64,000 bases of DNA, from assembly GCA_963766715.1 (NCBI GenBank), contig CAVYBH010000013.1, forward strand, positions 291,166 to 355,165, read 5' to 3'. The position numbers were made by a program, and so were the translations under genes. A model generated the notes under the pieces. The model saw only the letters and a list, made by a program, of their open reading frames with translations. It searched no databases and had not been told where the DNA came from. Origin of the DNA: an uncultured delta proteobacterium. GTDB taxonomy: Bacteria; Myxococcota; Myxococcia; Myxococcales; Anaeromyxobacteraceae. Within the stretch, counting starts at the first letter, position 1, and each line of letters begins with the position of its first letter. This document shows, piece after piece, positions 62,145 to 64,000 of the stretch.

Positions 62145-63555
62145 TTGGACCTCGCCGCTCTGGTGATGCCTGTCGTCGCCGGCGTCGCGCTTCTGCGTCG
62201 ACTTGGTGGACCTACTGCCGGTTGGTCTCGGCCGGATGGGGGCGTTGGGCGGAGGCGCAATCCGGGATCGGCGTTGTCCCTGTTCCTGTTCGGTTGGCTT
62301 CTCGCGGGCGGTGGTCTTGGGCTGAGCTACTGCGCGATGGACTCGTTGGTCCTCGTCCTGCTCACCGTGATCGCGAGGCTGGGAACGAGACGCAGCGTGC
62401 GGCAGGCGAATCCGGGATGGCCGAGCCGAATGGAAGCCCTTTCCACGGCCCTGTTCGCCTTCGCCCTAATGGCCGCCCTATGGCAATTCGCTGTGGCCAC
62501 CCAGGTCACCCCGGATGGATATTGGGACGCGTGGGAGATCTGGAATCGGCGGGCGCGTTTCATCTTTCGAGCGGGGTCGGACTGGCGCGCCGCCTTCGGA
62601 CCAGGCGTGAAAGCGGCCGAATACCCGCTGCTCCTGCCTCTGTCCATCGTTCGAGTATGGGCCTTCACCGGGGAGACGATCACGGCCCCCGCAGTACTTG
62701 CGATGGTTTTCACCATCGGTACTCCAATGCTCGTCGCCGGAGCAGTCGCAGCGGCGGGAGGATCGTCCCTGTTCGCCGCGGGTGTCGTCCTCATAGGTAC
62801 GGAAGGATTCCAGTCTGGGGAGCCGATCAGTACGCCGACGTCCCGGTGGGTGCGTTCCTGGCAGGTGCCATGGCCGGGTTGACCCAAGCGGGGACGAGCC
62901 AAGAAGGCGTGAGCCGAACCAGGGTGCTGCTCCTCACGGGTCTGATGCTTGGGCTCGCAGGGTGGACGAAGAACGAGGGGGTCGCCGCTGCCGCTATCGC
63001 CATCCTGGTTCACATGGCTGTGCAGGGAGTTCGGTCTGGAAGGGTCGCGGCGCTGAAGGACGGCGCGTGGATCCTCCTCGGAGCACTCCCCTCGGGGGCC
63101 GCGTGGATCCTTCAACACGTGCTTCTCGCACCCATCACCTTGGCGGACCTCACGACCGGACAAACCACGCAATCGATCTGGCTCAAGCTTGGAGACACGG
63201 ATCGCTGGTACACGGTTCTCACGTTTCTCGTCGGCGCGTCTCCGGGAACGATCTGGCTGTTCCGATCGTAGCGGCCGGACTGGCCCGACGCCTGGGAGGC
63301 CGGCCAACGTCCGTTGCTCGGTCCGAGATCATGTGGATTGCCGCGTGCCAGTACGCGGTCATACCGCTGGTCTTCATGCTGACCCAGTTGAACGTCGCAT
63401 TCCACCTGAGCACCGCGGCCGAACGGCTCTTGCTGCAACCATGGCCCGGGGCACTGCTCGGACTATTCGCTGCAACCCGAAGTCTGGCCATTTCGAACGA
63501 CGGCTCAAGGCCGGCGAAGATGCTCCAACGAACCGTGCGAGAAGCATCGAGCTAG
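62145..63555 (+). CDS. GT-C/ArnT-like polytopic membrane protein (frameshifted)
   Basis: WDAWEIWN.RARFIF, EYPLLLP, YADVP, WTKNEG, RLLLQ. Confidence 0.62.
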
Positions 63556-64000
63556 CCTCTACGTGAGTGGGCGAGCCCTTCCATCCATGGCACGGTGGAC
63601 GCGTCTCAAGCTTCTACGCCCCGCCCCGGCGCCTGCGCCGCCGCCTCCTGCGGCCTCCCGGCGCGCCTTCCGGACGGGCAATGGCGCCGTTCGGGTTGTG
63701 GCCCGCCACCGGCGGTCCCTGCCGCCCCGGATTTGACCTCGGCTCACCGTGCTGCGGTGCTCTGGCCTGGGCCCAACCTGCTGCGAGCGCTCGATCCGGA
63801 CCGTTCCATGCGGTGGCCGGTCGACGCGGATCACCTCCGGCGCCGGCGCGTGCCTGGACCCGCGCGGCTCGGGACGGCGCGGCTCCGCGCGGCTCTGCGC
63901 CTCTTTGGTCCTTCTGCGGGCGCCCACCCTCGTGCGGCCGCGGGTGGCTGCCACGTTGCTCCTGATAGCAATACGTACTCGAGCCAAGGCGGCCACACAT

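Noticed and set aside
63567..64000. ORFs at the right edge of the window
   Set aside because: No recognisable motifs or consistent codon bias; cannot be supported

Overview
High-GC bacterial window. Gene content (Glt-like TPR module, many multiheme cytochromes, sigma-54 activator) suggests an Anaeromyxobacter-like member of Myxococcota; this is an inference. No rRNA, tRNA, CRISPR array, transposase or integrase was recognised. Many genes are split by single-base indels, most densely at about 37.2-41.0 kb, which most likely reflects uncorrected long-read errors, so reconstructed gene boundaries are approximate. The core (about 12.5-41.4 kb) is a thiol/sulfur/metal-redox gene neighbourhood. It holds thioredoxins, a TrxB-like reductase with an HQFD motif, an SQR-like flavoprotein, a rhodanese, two DUF1847 and two DUF2892 genes, CcdA, an Otr octaheme cytochrome operon with a multiheme-cytochrome b fusion and two YeeE proteins, a sigma-54 activator, FadL, TauE and a NosL/ABC cluster. 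The most notable observation is two unannotated paralogous 33- and 32-aa Cys-rich peptides (CC-x7-CC-x9-CHD; 12587-12688 and 20154-20252). The first heads a tightly coupled operon containing a radical SAM/SPASM enzyme, an ArsM-like methyltransferase, a thioredoxin system, DUF6125 and DUF5714. This is a candidate RiPP or metal(loid)-peptide system that I do not recognise as a described family. The right end (about 60.0-64.0 kb) is compositionally atypical and encodes membrane glycosyltransferase-like proteins.
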